Positions 41,600-56,061 of a stretch of DNA of 64,000 nt are shown here, piece by piece. This stretch comes from Octopus vulgaris (lineage: Eukaryota). The stretch spans positions 28,024,001 through 28,088,000 of the forward strand of contig OX597814.1 in assembly GCA_951406725.2 (NCBI GenBank), given 5' to 3'. Each line of letters begins with the position of its first letter. The stretch's first letter is position 1. The position numbers and the translations under genes were made by a program. Under the pieces are notes generated by a model that saw only the letters and a list, made by a program, of their open reading frames with translations, made no database searches and was not told the origin of the DNA.

Positions 41600-41996
41600 T
41601 GGCTGTGTGGTAAGTAGCTTGCTAACCAACCACATGGTTCCGGGTTCAGTCCCACTGCGTGGCATCTTGGGCAAGTGTCTTCTGCTATAGCCCCGGGCCG
41701 ACCAATGCCTTGTGAGTGGATTTGGTAGACGGAAACTGAAAGAAGCCTGTCGTATATATGTATATATATATTTATGTGTGTATGTGTGTGTATGTTTGTG
41801 TGTCTGTGTTTGTCCCCCTAGCATTGCTTGATAACCGATGCTGGTGTGTTTACGTCCCCGTCACTTAGCGGTTCGGCAATAGAGACCGATAGAATAAGTA
41901 CTGGGCTTACAAAGAATAAGTCCCGGGGTCGATTTGCTCGACTAAAGGCGGTGCTCCAGCATGGCCGCAGTCAAATGACTGAAACAAGTAAAAGAG
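41600..41996 (+). mobile_element. SINE family A (degenerate minus-strand copy follows at ~42055-42322)
   Basis: Family A match. Confidence 0.9.
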
Positions 41997-42319
41997 ATTA
42001 TATTCGTTTCTCATTCTCATTCCAGATTTCCAGTACACACACAGACATTCTTTTATTCTTTTATTCTTTTACTTGTTTCAGCCATTTGACCATGGTCATA
42101 CTGGAGCACCGCCTTCAAGAGTTTTAGTCAAACAAATCGGCCCCAGGAATTATTTTTTTTAAAGCCTAGTACTTATTCTTTTTAGAGTCCGTCTGTCAAA
42201 TCCATTCACAGGAGCTTGGTCGGCCTAAGGCGACAATAGGCGACACCCAAGGTGCTACGCAGTGGGACTGAGCCTGGAGCCATGTGGTTGGAAAGCAAGC
42301 TTCTTACCACACTGCCACG

Positions 42320-42414
<95 letters not shown>

Positions 42415-42635
42415 GTATAAGAAGGGATGACCAGTAAGTGGACATCAATATGCTAGAAGTGATCACCTACCATCTAACCACAAAGAAAAGAATGTTCTCT
42501 GGAAAAATTCAGCAAACACCAGAACATAAGTTTTGCTGAATTTTTCTAGAGAACATTCTTTTCTTTGTGGTTAGATCGTAGGTGGTCTTCTTCTAGCATA
42601 TTGGATGTCCACTTAGTGGTCATCTCTTCTTATAC
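42415..42635. repeat. Imperfect hairpin, ~100-bp arms
   Basis: gtataagaag..ttcagcaaa [~16 nt] tttgctgaa..cttcttatac; begins at (TA)n. Confidence 0.9.
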
Positions 42636-42754
42636 ACATGTATTACAATTTTTCTGAATTTTCAGATTTTTCTATATGCTAGGCTACTGGTTTTAAATTG
42701 ATGTTAATTAAATTAATATTCAATTTATCATTCAATTTATCAACCTCATTATTT

Positions 42755-42793
<39 letters not shown>

Positions 42794-42996
42794 CGGCGGT
42801 GCATCAGCATGCCCGCAGCTCTGAACTGAAACTAGAGAAAAAAAAATATTTCTGTAGAAGAGCATAGGCTCAAAACATAAAAGAGTTTTTCTATTCCTGA
42901 GCGTTATACTAATACGTCTGTTTGTTTTGTACACCACCTGTCTTCGTCTTTTGTTTTTTTTTTCGTAAACTCTCCCTATACACACACACACACTAT

Positions 42997-43106
<110 letters not shown>

Positions 43107-43560
43107 GTACATATATACACACAGACAGATAGATAATCATAGACACATGCAGACACACAAAGGGTTTCCACTTTACGCACACATGGAAGAACAGCGTCAC
43201 CCCTAATCACCCAGAAAACAAGGATAAGTTTATTTAACGAGCAAAATTACCTTGTCGCATAAACAAACGGAGATAATTCATTGCTACGATGCTTCAGAGA
43301 CTGTCCTTCGGAATCAGGTGTAGAGTTTAGTTGAAAGATATAATGAGGAAGAACTGAAAAAAAAAGAAAAGAAAAGTAAGAAAAAAAAAATCTGCCCTCC
43401 CACGTGTATCCAGCCAATCCTTTCAAACGTTAGTGCACTTTCTCATTCTTGGAATTTCTCACACCTTGAGGTACAGTTTCCTTTACCTGTGTTTATAGAA
43501 TTGGATTACGTTAGATTTTTACCTCTCGTAATATGTAACTCCAAGAGATAAAGCTATAAA

Positions 43561-43895
43561 AGGGAAAAGACCCTTTCGGTCACGAATGTCCATGGGATTG
43601 AACCTAGAAAGTTACCCTCTGAGGAGTAAGTCTGGGCAAGTTTATTTATAGAAGACCATCAGCCTCCCGTCTCCACGCCACCTATGTTATCCAAGGGAAA
43701 GACAAATGCCGATACAGCTGGGCACTAGTGACGTCGCAACTCATTTCTACAGCCGAGTGAACTGGAGCTACGGGACATAAAGTGTCTTGCTCAACAACAC
43801 ACCACAACACAACACACAGCCCGTTCCGGGAATCGAACTCACTACCTCATGTTTGTGAGTCCGACGCTCTAACCACTGAACCATGCGCCTTTCAC
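43561..43895 (-). mobile_element. SINE family D (CORE-like) with 12-bp TSD
   Basis: Head ggcgcatggttcagtggttagagcg..gttcgattcc, ttgagcaagacactt; taaagctataaa at 43549-43560 and 43896-43907. Confidence 0.85.
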
Positions 43896-43975
43896 TAAAG
43901 CTATAAATAGTAACATGTAAATAGATACACATCCACAATCAGGTCTGCTTATACGTGTTATAAACAGTGAATTAA

Positions 43976-44366
43976 TTTTTGGAAGCACTCCGTCGGTTAC
44001 GACGATGAGGGTTCCGGTTGATCCGAATCAACGGAACAGCCTGCTCGTGAAATTAACGTGTAAGTGGCTGAGCACTCCACAGACACGTGCAACCTTAACG
44101 TAGTTCTCGGGGATATTCAACGTGACACAGAGAGTGACAAGGCCGGCCCTATGAAAATACAGGTACAACAGAAACAGGAAGTAAGAGTGAGAGAAAGTTG
44201 TGGTGAAAGAGTACAGCAGGGATCACCACCATCCCCTGCCGGAGCCTCGTGGAGCTTTTAGGTGTTTTCGCTCAATAAACATTCACAACGCCCGGTCTGG
44301 GAATCGAAACCGCGATCCTATGACCGCGAGTCCGCTGCCCTAACCACTGGGCCATTGCGCCTCCAC
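43976..44366 (-). mobile_element. SINE family C, tail type 1, between 75-bp direct repeats
   Basis: Same head as 40523; tail ..gtaaccgacggagtgcttcca; 43901-43975 identical to 44369-44443. Confidence 0.92.
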
Positions 44367-44920
44367 ATCTATAAATAGTAACATGTAAATAGATACACAT
44401 CCACAATCAGGTCTGCTTATACGTGTTATAAACAGTGAATTAAATTGAACAAGACACTATATCCACACGAATCAGACACAGACATTTACTAAAAGACAAG
44501 AGCACAATTATGGTCGAATGAGCTTTGCATAATTGAATAAAAATTATGCTAAAAGTGGCCAATGGATGAATTTGCGCAGCAAAAACGAAAATGTATATTA
44601 AATACCAAACAAGATATTCTCGATTTACTGAAATTATTTTCGTTTCGAGAGAAGGTAGACAAACACCTAGCAGCGATCGCTATCAATTCCGAATGAAAAT
44701 GGAAGGTAATCTGAAGGGATAAAGAACTCTCCTGAATTAACGTCACACTACGTGCAATCAAGTTAACGAAGAAATATGCATATACACGGTTACTCCATCT
44801 GGAGCAATAGCAGCCAAACCTCACTAATATTATATCTTACAAGAGAATGACTCAACATAAGTAATCCACTGTACTGCATGCTGAAAAGGGAGTCGAGGCA
44901 AACATGTCCATACCTTTGGA

Positions 44921-45263
44921 TGGAAGCACTCCGTCGGTTACGACGACGATGGTTCCGGTTGATCCGATCAACGGAACAGCTTGCTCGTGAAATTAACGTG
45001 TAAGTGGCTGAGCACTCCACAGACACGTGTACCCTTAACGTAGTTCTCGGGGATATTCAGCATGACACAAGAGAGTGACAAGGCTGGCCCTTTGAAATAC
45101 AGGTACAACAGAAACAGGAAGTAAGAGTGAGAGAAAGTTGTGGTAAAAGAGTACAGCAGGGATCACCACCATCCCCTGCCGGAGCCTCAATAAACACTCA
45201 CAACGCCCGGTCTGGGAATCGACCGAGTCCGCTGCCCTAACCAATGGGCCATTGCGCCTCCAC
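44921..45263 (-). mobile_element. SINE family C, tail type 1, internal deletions
   Basis: Near-identical to 43976-44366. Confidence 0.9.
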
Positions 45264-45334
45264 GTGATCATAAGTCTTCCCGATCAAAGTTTATCAACAT
45301 CAGCAACCCAACTCATTCCTCAACCAATGTTCCT

Positions 45335-45862
45335 TTGCGTAGTCGCTCACTTTGCTAGAAATAGCAGCTAAATTTTCCTCAGACCGCACTCTACAGACTT
45401 AAAGGCAGACGTTGGATAATTTAACTCTGGGTGCACAATGCCTGCAAAATGAAGTGGATGGACATGACTAGAACGCTTTTGATTATAAGCTACCTTGATC
45501 AGATGTGACTTGAGTTTGAATGACTACGTACACTAAGGAGTCTCCGTATGGTCGCACGAAATACTAGAAATAACAGTCAAATCTCAAGCCAACAAAAGAG
45601 CTTTTAAGTGACCGCTTGACCTGTAAACAATAGCAACGAAGTCTCACGTCACATCCCACCGTCTTAAAAAAGGGGACATGTTAGACAATATAATTCTGGG
45701 TTCACTGAATATAGGAAAACGACAGGATAGTCGTTTAGAAAAGGCTGACCTGAGCCGAAACTCCAATATCAATAACAGCCAAACTTTTCCATATCAGTCA
45801 CTATCTTCTTAAAAAAGGATCGGGTTGTACAAAAATTCCCCTGGGGCTAAACAACGACAAAT
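45335..45862. repeat. Cluster of 3-4 degenerate copies of an old repeat
   Basis: gtcgc..ctagaaatagcagc(c/t)aaat..tcttaaaa motif recurs at ~45342, ~45551, ~45612 and ~45770. Confidence 0.55.
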
Positions 45863-46124
45863 TGGATCCCCATCCATCTTAACATGATTTTATTTTCTCG
45901 CTATTTTCGTCGAAATGTATGTTTAAAAAAAAAATTTTGCGAAGATATATTTTCGAGGGTGTACATTACTACTATCTTTTCTCTTTTGAATCTTACATGT
46001 TTCAGTCATTGGACTGTGACCATATTGAGGCTGAAGGTTTTAGTCAAACAAATCTATCCGAGGACTTACCATTTAAAAAAAAATCGCTTATTTATTCTAT
46101 CTTAAAGATAGGATAAGTTCTTCT

Positions 46125-46356
46125 TATTTCTTTACTACCCACAAGGGGTTAAACATAGAGGAGACAAACAAGGACAGACAAAGGGATTAAGTCGATTAGA
46201 TCGACCCCAGTGCGCAACTGGTACTTATTTAATCGACCCCGAAAGGATGAAAGGCAAAGTCGACCTCGGCGGAATTTGAACTCAGAACATAGCGGCAGTC
46301 GAAATACCGCTAAGCATTCGCCCGGCATGCTAACGTTTCTGCCAGCTCGCCGCCTT
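46125..46356 (-). mobile_element. SINE B nested in an old SINE A, 18-bp TSD
   Basis: gataggataagttcttct at 46107-46124 and 46357-46374. Confidence 0.92.
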
Positions 46357-46846
46357 GATAGGATAAGTTCTTCTGCTGAACTGTTAGGGTACGGGGACGT
46401 TAATAAACCAATACCGGTTGTCATGAGTGGCAGCACATACACACACACACACACATATGCACACACGTGAGGGCGCGTGGCCCAGTGGTTGGACTGACGC
46501 ACTTGCGATCCCAAGATCGTGGTTTCAATTCCCAGACAGAACAATGCGTTGTGTTCTTGAGCAATTTCCGAGTTGCTTTGCAATTGTTTCGATATCTGAC
46601 GTGTGGCACACCGTGTACCTTGTACAGGCAACGTCGGTTCGATGGCGGGAGTGAGCTAATGTACAACACAATCATTTGATTACTATAAACATATCATCTG
46701 GACAGATCGTTCGGCAAGAAATTGCAGAACAATTGATCAGTCGTTAAGGACAAGAGAATTCTCCCCTTCTCCCGCTTTCGTCTTTTTCTCTCTCATCCTT
46801 TCTCTAATTCTTTTTTCTCCCCTTCGCCGTTTTCTAATCTGTCTCA

Positions 46847-46883
<37 letters not shown>

Positions 46884-47692
46884 TCTTTCTCCTTTACTCT
46901 CTCGCGTTGCTCACACATGGCCATCGTCCATCTTTCTTTTCTTCACGTGAACATCTTTCTTTTCCTTCAGTCTGTCGTACAGACCTGTCTTTTCTCTTGT
47001 CGAAGACAATATTCCTCCAGCGTTCGCTACCTTACCTCGTCTGGCTTAACGGCCCTCCGTGTTTGTTTTTGTGTGGTTTATTGTATGTCTCCACTGTCCT
47101 GTTTTTGTTATCAACTTTGACCCTCTGCAAATCCCAAATTTTAATTTGGTTCGCGGTAGCAACTGCCTTTCGAAGTCTCATATTGTCGTTAAATGCTCGA
47201 AATGAGGAGTAGATGGACAGCCGACAACTGATGAAGGGTCGTTCTTTATGTTACTTGAATTGTTTTCCATTTGTTTCTCTCGTTGTTTGCATACCCAAGT
47301 TTGTCTTCGATTTTCAGGTTGCTTACGTTTTGTGACGTCGTGTACCTATATACGCATATTCTGAAGAGGTGTATATATTCTAAAGAGATGTATATATTCT
47401 GAATATATGCATATTCTGAATAGATTGTGCTCAGAAATATGAATTTGATATTTAATTAACTTCACTGTGTATAATTGAAACAGCTGTAAGGGATAATAAA
47501 CACTTATTAACCTCAAAATCTCTATTTTATTCTTTTTTCTTTGCATGAATATATACTACAGTTTATATTCAAACCTATTCTCTTAAGGAAACCAATTCTC
47601 CCCCAAAATATTAAGTACAGAACCAGTATTTCTTTGCATGACACCATCCCTTCAAGAGGCTAACATAATCTCTAACTGAATTATATATATAT

Positions 47693-48006
47693 ATCACGGT
47701 GATCACCGTGACCGACCAAGCTATCAGATGTTGCTACACATCGCTGGTCATAATACGCTTCGCATTGTTTCAGACTTCAAATAACGCCACCCCGCTGGCT
47801 AACCGAGCAGGCCAACAGAAGAAAGAGGGTGCGAAAGTTGTGGTGAAAGAGTACAGCAGGGATCCCCACCATCCCCTGCCGGAGCCTCGTGGAGCTTTTA
47901 GGTGTTTTCGCTCAATAAACACTCACAACGCCCGGTCTGGGAAATGAAACCGCGATCCTATGACCGCGAGTCCGCTGCCCTAACCACTGGGCCATTGCGC
48001 CTCCAC
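47693..48006 (-). mobile_element. SINE family C, tail type 2
   Basis: Matches 40523-40844. Confidence 0.88.
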
Positions 48007-48007
48007 A

Positions 48008-48047
<40 letters not shown>

Positions 48048-48150
48048 TGTATGTATGTATGTATGTATGTATATAAATATATATATATATATATATATTT
48101 GTATGCATGTATGTATATATATATATATATATTATATATATATATATATG

Positions 48151-48182
<32 letters not shown>

Positions 48183-48528
48183 TGTATGTATGTATGTATG
48201 TATGTATGTATGTATATATATGTGTATGTATGTATGCATGTATGTATGTATTATGTATGTAAATATATATGTGTGTGCATGTATACATGTGTATATATAT
48301 GTATATATATGTATATATATATATGTATATATGTATGTATGTGTGTGTAGCAGGCTTCCTCACTGTTTCCCTCAATCAAATTCACTCACACCTGCGGTAC
48401 ATTGAGACCGAAAGCGAAACCGCGTTGCTTCTAAATCCATCTAAAACAAACAAACAAAATATTTTTCTTAGAAGCGTTTTGAAGAGATCCTTCCATCCAT
48501 TTTTGAAATCCCAGGCTTTTGAATCATA

Positions 48529-48944
48529 TACTCTTTACTCTTACTCTTTTACTCTTTTACTTGTTTCAGTCATTTGACTGCGGCCATGCTGGAGCACCAC
48601 CTTTAGTCGAGCAAATCGACCCCGGGACTTATTCTTTGTAAGCCCAGTACTTATTCTATCGGTCTCTATTGTCGAACCGCTAAGTGACGGGGACGTAAAC
48701 ACACCAGCATCGGTTGTCAAGCAATGCTAGGGGGACAAACACAGACACACAAACACACACACATATATATATGCATATATACGACAGGCTTCTTTCAGTT
48801 TCTGTCTACCAAATCCACTCACAAGGCATTGGTCGGCCCAGGGCTATAGCAGAAGACACTTGCCCAAGATGCCACGCAGTGGGACTGAACTCGGAACCAT
48901 GTGGTTGGTTAGCAAGCTACTTACCACACAGCCACTCCTGCGCC
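48529..48944 (-). mobile_element. SINE family A, full length
   Basis: Family A head to tail. Confidence 0.92.
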
Positions 48945-49062
48945 TATGCATTTTAAAAATTTGTTTCTTTCGGCTTTATTTATTTAAAACAAAAAAAAAT
49001 TACGGAACCTCCACCCATAGACACGTATTTCCGCAAATCGTCATTGAAAAAAAAAAAAATGT

Positions 49063-49995
49063 CAGGGGTGGCTGTGTGGTAAGAAGCTTCCTTCCCATCA
49101 CATAGTTCCGGGTTCGTTCCCATTGCGTGGCACCTTGGGCAAAGTGTCTTCTACTATAACATCAGGCTGACCAAAGCCTTGAGTGGATTTGATAGCCGGA
49201 AACTGAAAGAAGCCCGTCGTATACATACGTACCTACACACATAGAAGCATACACACACATGTATGTATGTATGTATGTATGCATGTATGTATATGCGTAT
49301 GTATGTATGTATATACGTATGTATGTATGTATGTATGTATGTATGAATGTATGTATGTATGTATGTATGTATGTATGTATGTATGCATGCATGCATGTAT
49401 GTATGTATGAATGTATGTATGTATGCATGTATGTATGTATGTATGCATGCATGTATGTATGTATGTATGTATGTATGTATGTATGCATGTATGTATGTAT
49501 GTATGTATGCATGCATGTATGTATATATGAATGTATGTATGTATGCATGTATATATGTATGTATGCATTCATGCATGCATGTATGTATGTATGAATGTAT
49601 GTATGTATGTATGTATGTATGTATGTATGCATGCATGCATGCATGCATGTATGTATGTATGTATGAATGTATGTATGTATGTATGCATGCATGCATGTAT
49701 GTATGTATGTATGAATGTATGTATGTATGCATGTATGTATGTATGTATGCATGCATGCATGCATGTATGTATGTATGTATGAATGTATGTTTGTATGCAT
49801 GTATGTATGTGTGTATGTATCTTTATGTCTCTATTTGTCCTCCAGTACCACTTGACAACCGGTGTCGGTGTGTTTACGTCCCTGTAATCTAGCGGTTCGG
49901 CAAAGAGACCAGTAGAATAAGTACCAGGCTTAAAAAAAAAAAAAAAAAGTAAGGCGGTGCTCCAGCATGGCTGCAGTCGAAAGACTGTAACAAGT
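49063..49995 (+). mobile_element. SINE A with ~560-bp internal (ATGT/ATGC)n expansion
   Basis: 5' half ends ~49221, 3' half resumes ~49825. Confidence 0.85.
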
Positions 49996-50025
49996 ATATA
50001 TATATGATAAACACATACAAACATA

Positions 50026-50413
50026 CAGGAGTGGCTGTGTGGTAAGTAGCTTGCTAACCAACCACATGGTTCTGGGTTCAGTCCCACTGCGTGGCACCTT
50101 GGGCAAGTGTCTTCTGCTATAGCCCCGGGCCGACCAATGCCTTGTGAGTGGATTTGGTAGATGGAAACTGAAAGAAGCCTGTCGTATATATATATGTGTA
50201 TGTATGTGTGTGTGTTTGTCCCCTTAGCATTGCTTGACAAACGATGCTGGTGTGTTTACGTCCCCGTCACTTAGCGGTTCGGCAATAGAGACCGATAGAA
50301 TAAGTACTGGGCTTACAAAAAGAATAAGTCCCGGGGTCGATTTGCTCGACTAAAGGCGGTGCTCCAGCATGGCTGCAGTCAAATGACTGAAACAAGTAAA
50401 AGAGTAAAAGAGT
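50026..50413 (+). mobile_element. SINE family A
   Basis: Family A match. Confidence 0.92.
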
Positions 50414-50922
50414 ATACCTTCAGACAGACAGACAGGCTGACAGACTGGCAGGCAGACGGACGGACCACACATACAAACAACAAACAACAAACATGCTGAG
50501 GTTGGTGTCCGTTGCGGCAGGTTAAGTCAGTACTAGGAAACTTAAACCTCCATTGCACACATCCTGTCTGAGATCTACGATCCAAACAAAGCAGTGAACA
50601 AGACGTTGTCAATTGCCCGGATGCTTAAAACGTAGTAAACAATTTTCACCGTCTGCCTATGTGTGTGTACGTGTGTGAGTACGTGTGTGAATACGTGTGT
50701 GTGTGTGAATGTATGTGTGTATGTACGTGTGTATGGGTGTGTCAGTATTTGTTTTCATATGCGCTACAGAGAACGAGCGGCTGTTTGTATAAATGTATAA
50801 TGCTTGTGTATATTTGTATATATATATATGCATGTGCGCTGCTATATGTGCGAGTATGTGTGTATGCATTTGTTTCCATGCGTTTCAATGAGTGACTTCA
50901 TACGTCTGTATGTATATCAGCA

Positions 50923-51000
<78 letters not shown>

Positions 51001-51016
51001 GCTAGCTAGCTATCCC

Positions 51017-51157
<141 letters not shown>

Positions 51158-51449
51158 GATGTATGTTATAGTTACATATTTATGTAAATATTGCGTTTGT
51201 TTCTATGTGCGTTTCGATGAGCGACTGTATATGTGTGCATATATATGTGTGTGTGTGTGTATCTGTAAAAATATTATTTAGAGATATATATATTTATTTG
51301 TGTGTATGTGTGCCCGTGTTAACATGATATACAAGTACTCGTATATACGTGTATATGTTTGCATTTGCAAGTGCGTTACATCGTGCAAGTTCCTAAGTAT
51401 GCGTGTATGTATGTATGTATGTATGTATGTATGTATGCATGTATGTATT

Positions 51450-51484
<35 letters not shown>

Positions 51485-51605
51485 GCTTGTAAACATAACA
51501 TATAGATGTGTTTATATTTACACGTGTATTTAGGTTTGTTTTCATGTGTGTTGCAGTGAGCGACTAGATGATGTATGTATGTGTGTGTGTATATCTATCT
51601 TTCTG

Positions 51606-51639
<34 letters not shown>

Positions 51640-51865
51640 ATCTATCTATCTATCTATCTATCTATCTAATTATTTATATATGTATATGTGAATGTGTATA
51701 TGTATATGTATGTAAACATATGTAGCAATATTTAGTTGTATCTAAATATGTGTGCATTTGTTGTCATATGTGTGTTACAAGAGCGACTCGGTATGTATGT
51801 GTATATATATATATATGCATGTTTGTGTTTGTGTGTGTGTGTGCGTGTGCGTGTGTAAGTGTATA

Positions 51866-51904
<39 letters not shown>

Positions 51905-53104
51905 GCTTATATTTATATATGTGTTCGTTTAAATTAGTCTCCGTGTGAGCAACTATATGCTTGTGTGCACTTACATGTAAACATAGCGTATACATTTATA
52001 TATATATATATATACATATATATGTGTTTACATGTGTTTTCGTGTGAACGACACTTTGTGTATACATGTACGTGTGTGTGTATGTGTGTGTGTATGCGTG
52101 TGCATGTGTGCGTGAGCGTGTGTGTCTATGTGTGTGTTGTTCGCGGTAATACAATATTACATACCCAACTCTTTCTATCAATTTACTCTCACCTCACCAC
52201 CTCCGTCCACATTGTTACACTGTTACCCTTTCTTCCTCCCCCTCAGTGATTCATATTCTTTCCTTCTATAACTCTCTATCTTTCTCTCTTTGCCTGCCCC
52301 TCTCTCTTGGTTCTCTTATTTTCTTTTCCTTTGTCTGTATCTATCTCACTTTTACTGTTGTCCCTCTTTCTTATTTTCTCTCCCTAACCCTCTCTCGCTG
52401 TCTAGTGTTCTCCCCTTCTTTGTCCCTCCCTTCTAGTCTTTCTGCATTTCCCTTTCACTCACCCTCCCCTCTCTCTCTTACTCTACTATCCCTTATTTGT
52501 TCTTTTCATCTTGTTTCACTCCATCGTCTCATCTTTCTATTGGGCTCACTCCCTCTTTCTCTGCTTCTCTCTCTGTCTCTCTCACTTACACACACATACA
52601 TACACACGCACACTCACACATACGCATATATATATATATGTATTTACATACATACATATACATACACACACACACTGATATGTATATATATATATATATA
52701 CATCAACCGGCCTCACACTGAGTCTCTTTGTGGCTATTACACTATTTTAATCACCCTCCCTCAATTTCCTTTTACCTATCTTTTCTGTCACGCTCTTACT
52801 CTAATTCTCTCTCTCTCTCTCTTTCTTCTCTCTTTCACCCTCTCTCTATCTCACAGTTTCTTACTCCTTACTCTCTGCCTTCATCTCTCTCTCTTCGACT
52901 TCCTCCAACTCCTTGTTACCCTATTTTCCTCTCTTTAAATCTATTTTTATCCTTCTTTTTCACACTCACAAACTCTCGTCCTGTCTCTCTCTGTCTCACT
53001 CTCACTCTCTCGCTCGCTCTCTCTCTCTCTCTCACATTCTCTTAGCCTCCTTTTTTTTTTACTCTCTCTTTTGTTTCTCCCTTTCATTCAGCCGCTTAGT
53101 CTTA

Positions 53105-53135
<31 letters not shown>

Positions 53136-53296
53136 CTCTCCCTTTATGACCATTACTCTATCTTTTCAGTCTAATATTCATACTTTCTCTATATCCCTTG
53201 CGCGCTTTGCTTTCCTCGCCTTCTCTCAGACACATTCCAGTTTTACCGCTAAACAAAGGACACCACTGTGTATGTATATACGACTGTCTGTATGAT

Positions 53297-53329
<33 letters not shown>

Positions 53330-53445
53330 TTATTTTTGTGTGACTGTATATATGTATATGTGAATGTATGTATAAATCTATATGTATTGTATATATGTAC
53401 ATATAACGATATATATGCATGTTTATATGTATATATGCACACATA

Positions 53446-53660
53446 TAATCACGCGTACGTCCCCAGACGGTAATACACACACACAGTGCATCCGTACAAA
53501 TATATATACATACACACATACATATATACAAATCTACACGCTCCTATATATATATAAAACAAAACCCATACAAACGTACACATATGTATATATGCACACA
53601 TACATATGTGTACGTTTGTATGAGTTTTGTTTTATATATATATAGGCGCGTGTAGATTTG

Positions 53661-53691
<31 letters not shown>

Positions 53692-53753
53692 ATATTTGTA
53701 CGGATGCACTGTGTGTGTGTATTACCGTCTGGGGACGGACGTACGCGTGATTA
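53446..53753. repeat. ~310-bp near-perfect palindrome
   Basis: taatcacgcgtacgtccccagacggtaat.. pairs with ..attaccgtctggggac(ggac)gtacgcgtgatta; inner arms pair to a centre near 53596. Confidence 0.92.
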
Positions 53754-54146
53754 AAAGTATACTTAAGCACGCATACATAATATTAAGTGTTTAATAGACA
53801 AACATACAGGTGTACATCTAAACGCATAGAATGAAAAACGGCTTTTTTTTTTCTTTTTCCTTCCTATTTCTACTTTTATCTTTGTACGTTGGCAATCACA
53901 ATCTACACACATGGACGTAAGAGTTCATTAGATGCACACACACACACACACACACACGAACACGCACACATACACATAGATATATACACACACACACACA
54001 CACATTCACAAACACACGCGCGCGCATTCACACTCACAAACATAGCCAAATATATTAACATATGGCTCTCAAAGGTTAAGCAAATATGTGTGTGTGCGTG
54101 TGTGCGTATGGATGCATATACATACATACATACATACATACATACA

Positions 54147-54254
<108 letters not shown>

Positions 54255-54296
54255 TATATGCATATACATATATATATATATATATGTCTATGTATG

Positions 54297-54328
<32 letters not shown>

Positions 54329-54744
54329 ACGTTATGATGTTCTTTACTTCGCTAAAATTGGTTCAACGGAAGTTGTCAACTTTCATATACAGTACTCAAT
54401 ACAAAATACAAGTACGATTGACTCGACCCAAGATCATCTATGGGTCCAGTTCTCTCTCTCTCTCTCTATATATATATTTATATATATGCTTAAGTGTGTG
54501 TGTGTGTGTGACGATGATGATGATGATGGATCTGCGACAATTTCGATCACGAACAGCTTACTGCATAAATTAGCATATTATTAACCGAATTTTCGCAGAC
54601 ACGTGTACTCTTAACTTTATTCTCAGGCCGAATCAACGTGATACTGAGTACGACAAAGCTGGACATTTGATTAACAAGTTTACTATGGAAAAAAACAAAC
54701 AACAAAAATCAAAGCAACAAAAAACCTAAATATTAAGCATATTT

Positions 54745-54904
54745 ATGAGCAGGTATAGGCTGGGTGGTTAAGAAACTCGCTTGGGAGCCACGTGATCTCG
54801 GGTTCAGGTCCACAGCACGGCACCTTAGGCAAGTTTCTACTATAGCGCCGGACCGACAAATGTCTTGTGAGTGAATTTGGCAGATGGAAACTGCGTGGAA
54901 GCCT

Positions 54905-54961
<57 letters not shown>

Positions 54962-55255
54962 TTAGGCCCTGGAGTGGCTGTATGGTAAGAAACTTGGTTA
55001 ACAACCACATGGTTCCGGGTTCATCCCGCTGTGTGGCACCTTCGGCAAGTGTCTTCTATTATAGCCTCTGGCCCACAAAACCCTTGTGAGCGGATTTGGC
55101 AGACGGAAACTGAAAGAAGCCCTTCGTGTATATGTTTGCATGTCCGTGTTTGTCTCCTCAACATCGCTTGGCAACCAATGGTGGTGCATTTACGTCCCCT
55201 TAAGCTAGCGGTTCGGCAAAAGAAACCGATAGAATAAGTACTAGGCTAACAAAGA
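54745..55255 (+). mobile_element. Two degenerate SINE A copies
   Basis: Family A heads at ~54750 and ~54970. Confidence 0.75.
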
Positions 55256-55630
55256 GTCTGCTTTAGAGTCTGACGAGTCATCCATGGGGCCAGGCCATGA
55301 CCGAACTGCATATAAATACATTACTGCTGTATGATTTAGAGTGGAGGTCGGGGTACTTTTCTAACCAGTTACCCCCAAAATATATTTATTTACGCCGACG
55401 TTACCCCTGAACCTATGTATAGGAATCTATTTACACGTCCCTTACATTGGATATATGCTGTGTTGCCAGAAGAAAAATTTCTGTCCCAAGAAGGATCACG
55501 TTTTTTTTTATATAATTTTACTCATGTCTAATGAATCCTCATTACCCCCAAGAATTTCCTTTTTACCCCATTCGGGGTAATTTACCCTGGTCCGCCGAGT
55601 GTGCTTCTTCTTCGGATATATGATATACTG

Positions 55631-55672
<42 letters not shown>

Positions 55673-56061
55673 TATGTATGTGCGCGCGCATATATATATA
55701 AATTGCGCCGAGGTCGACTTTGCTTTTCATCCTTTCAGGGTCGATAAATGAAGTACCAGTTTCGTACTGGGGTCGATCTAATCGACTAGACCTTCCCCCA
55801 AAATTTCGGGCCTTGTGCCTAGAGTAAAAAAAAAAACTAAATGTTTGAGTGGTAGTCTTAATAATCTTAGATCTTCGTTTAAGAAAAATAAGAAAGGGAC
55901 CAGCTGGCAAGCCCTGCGGTACTGTAGAAATATGCAAGGCTTTTGTAAAGTTCAGCATGTGACTTTTCAGCGTTTTTGCTATGTGAGATCCAGCTACAGA
56001 GGTTTGTTTTTTGATGAAAATCTAATCCCTTTAACAATTTAAAAAAAAAAATTAAGTTTAA

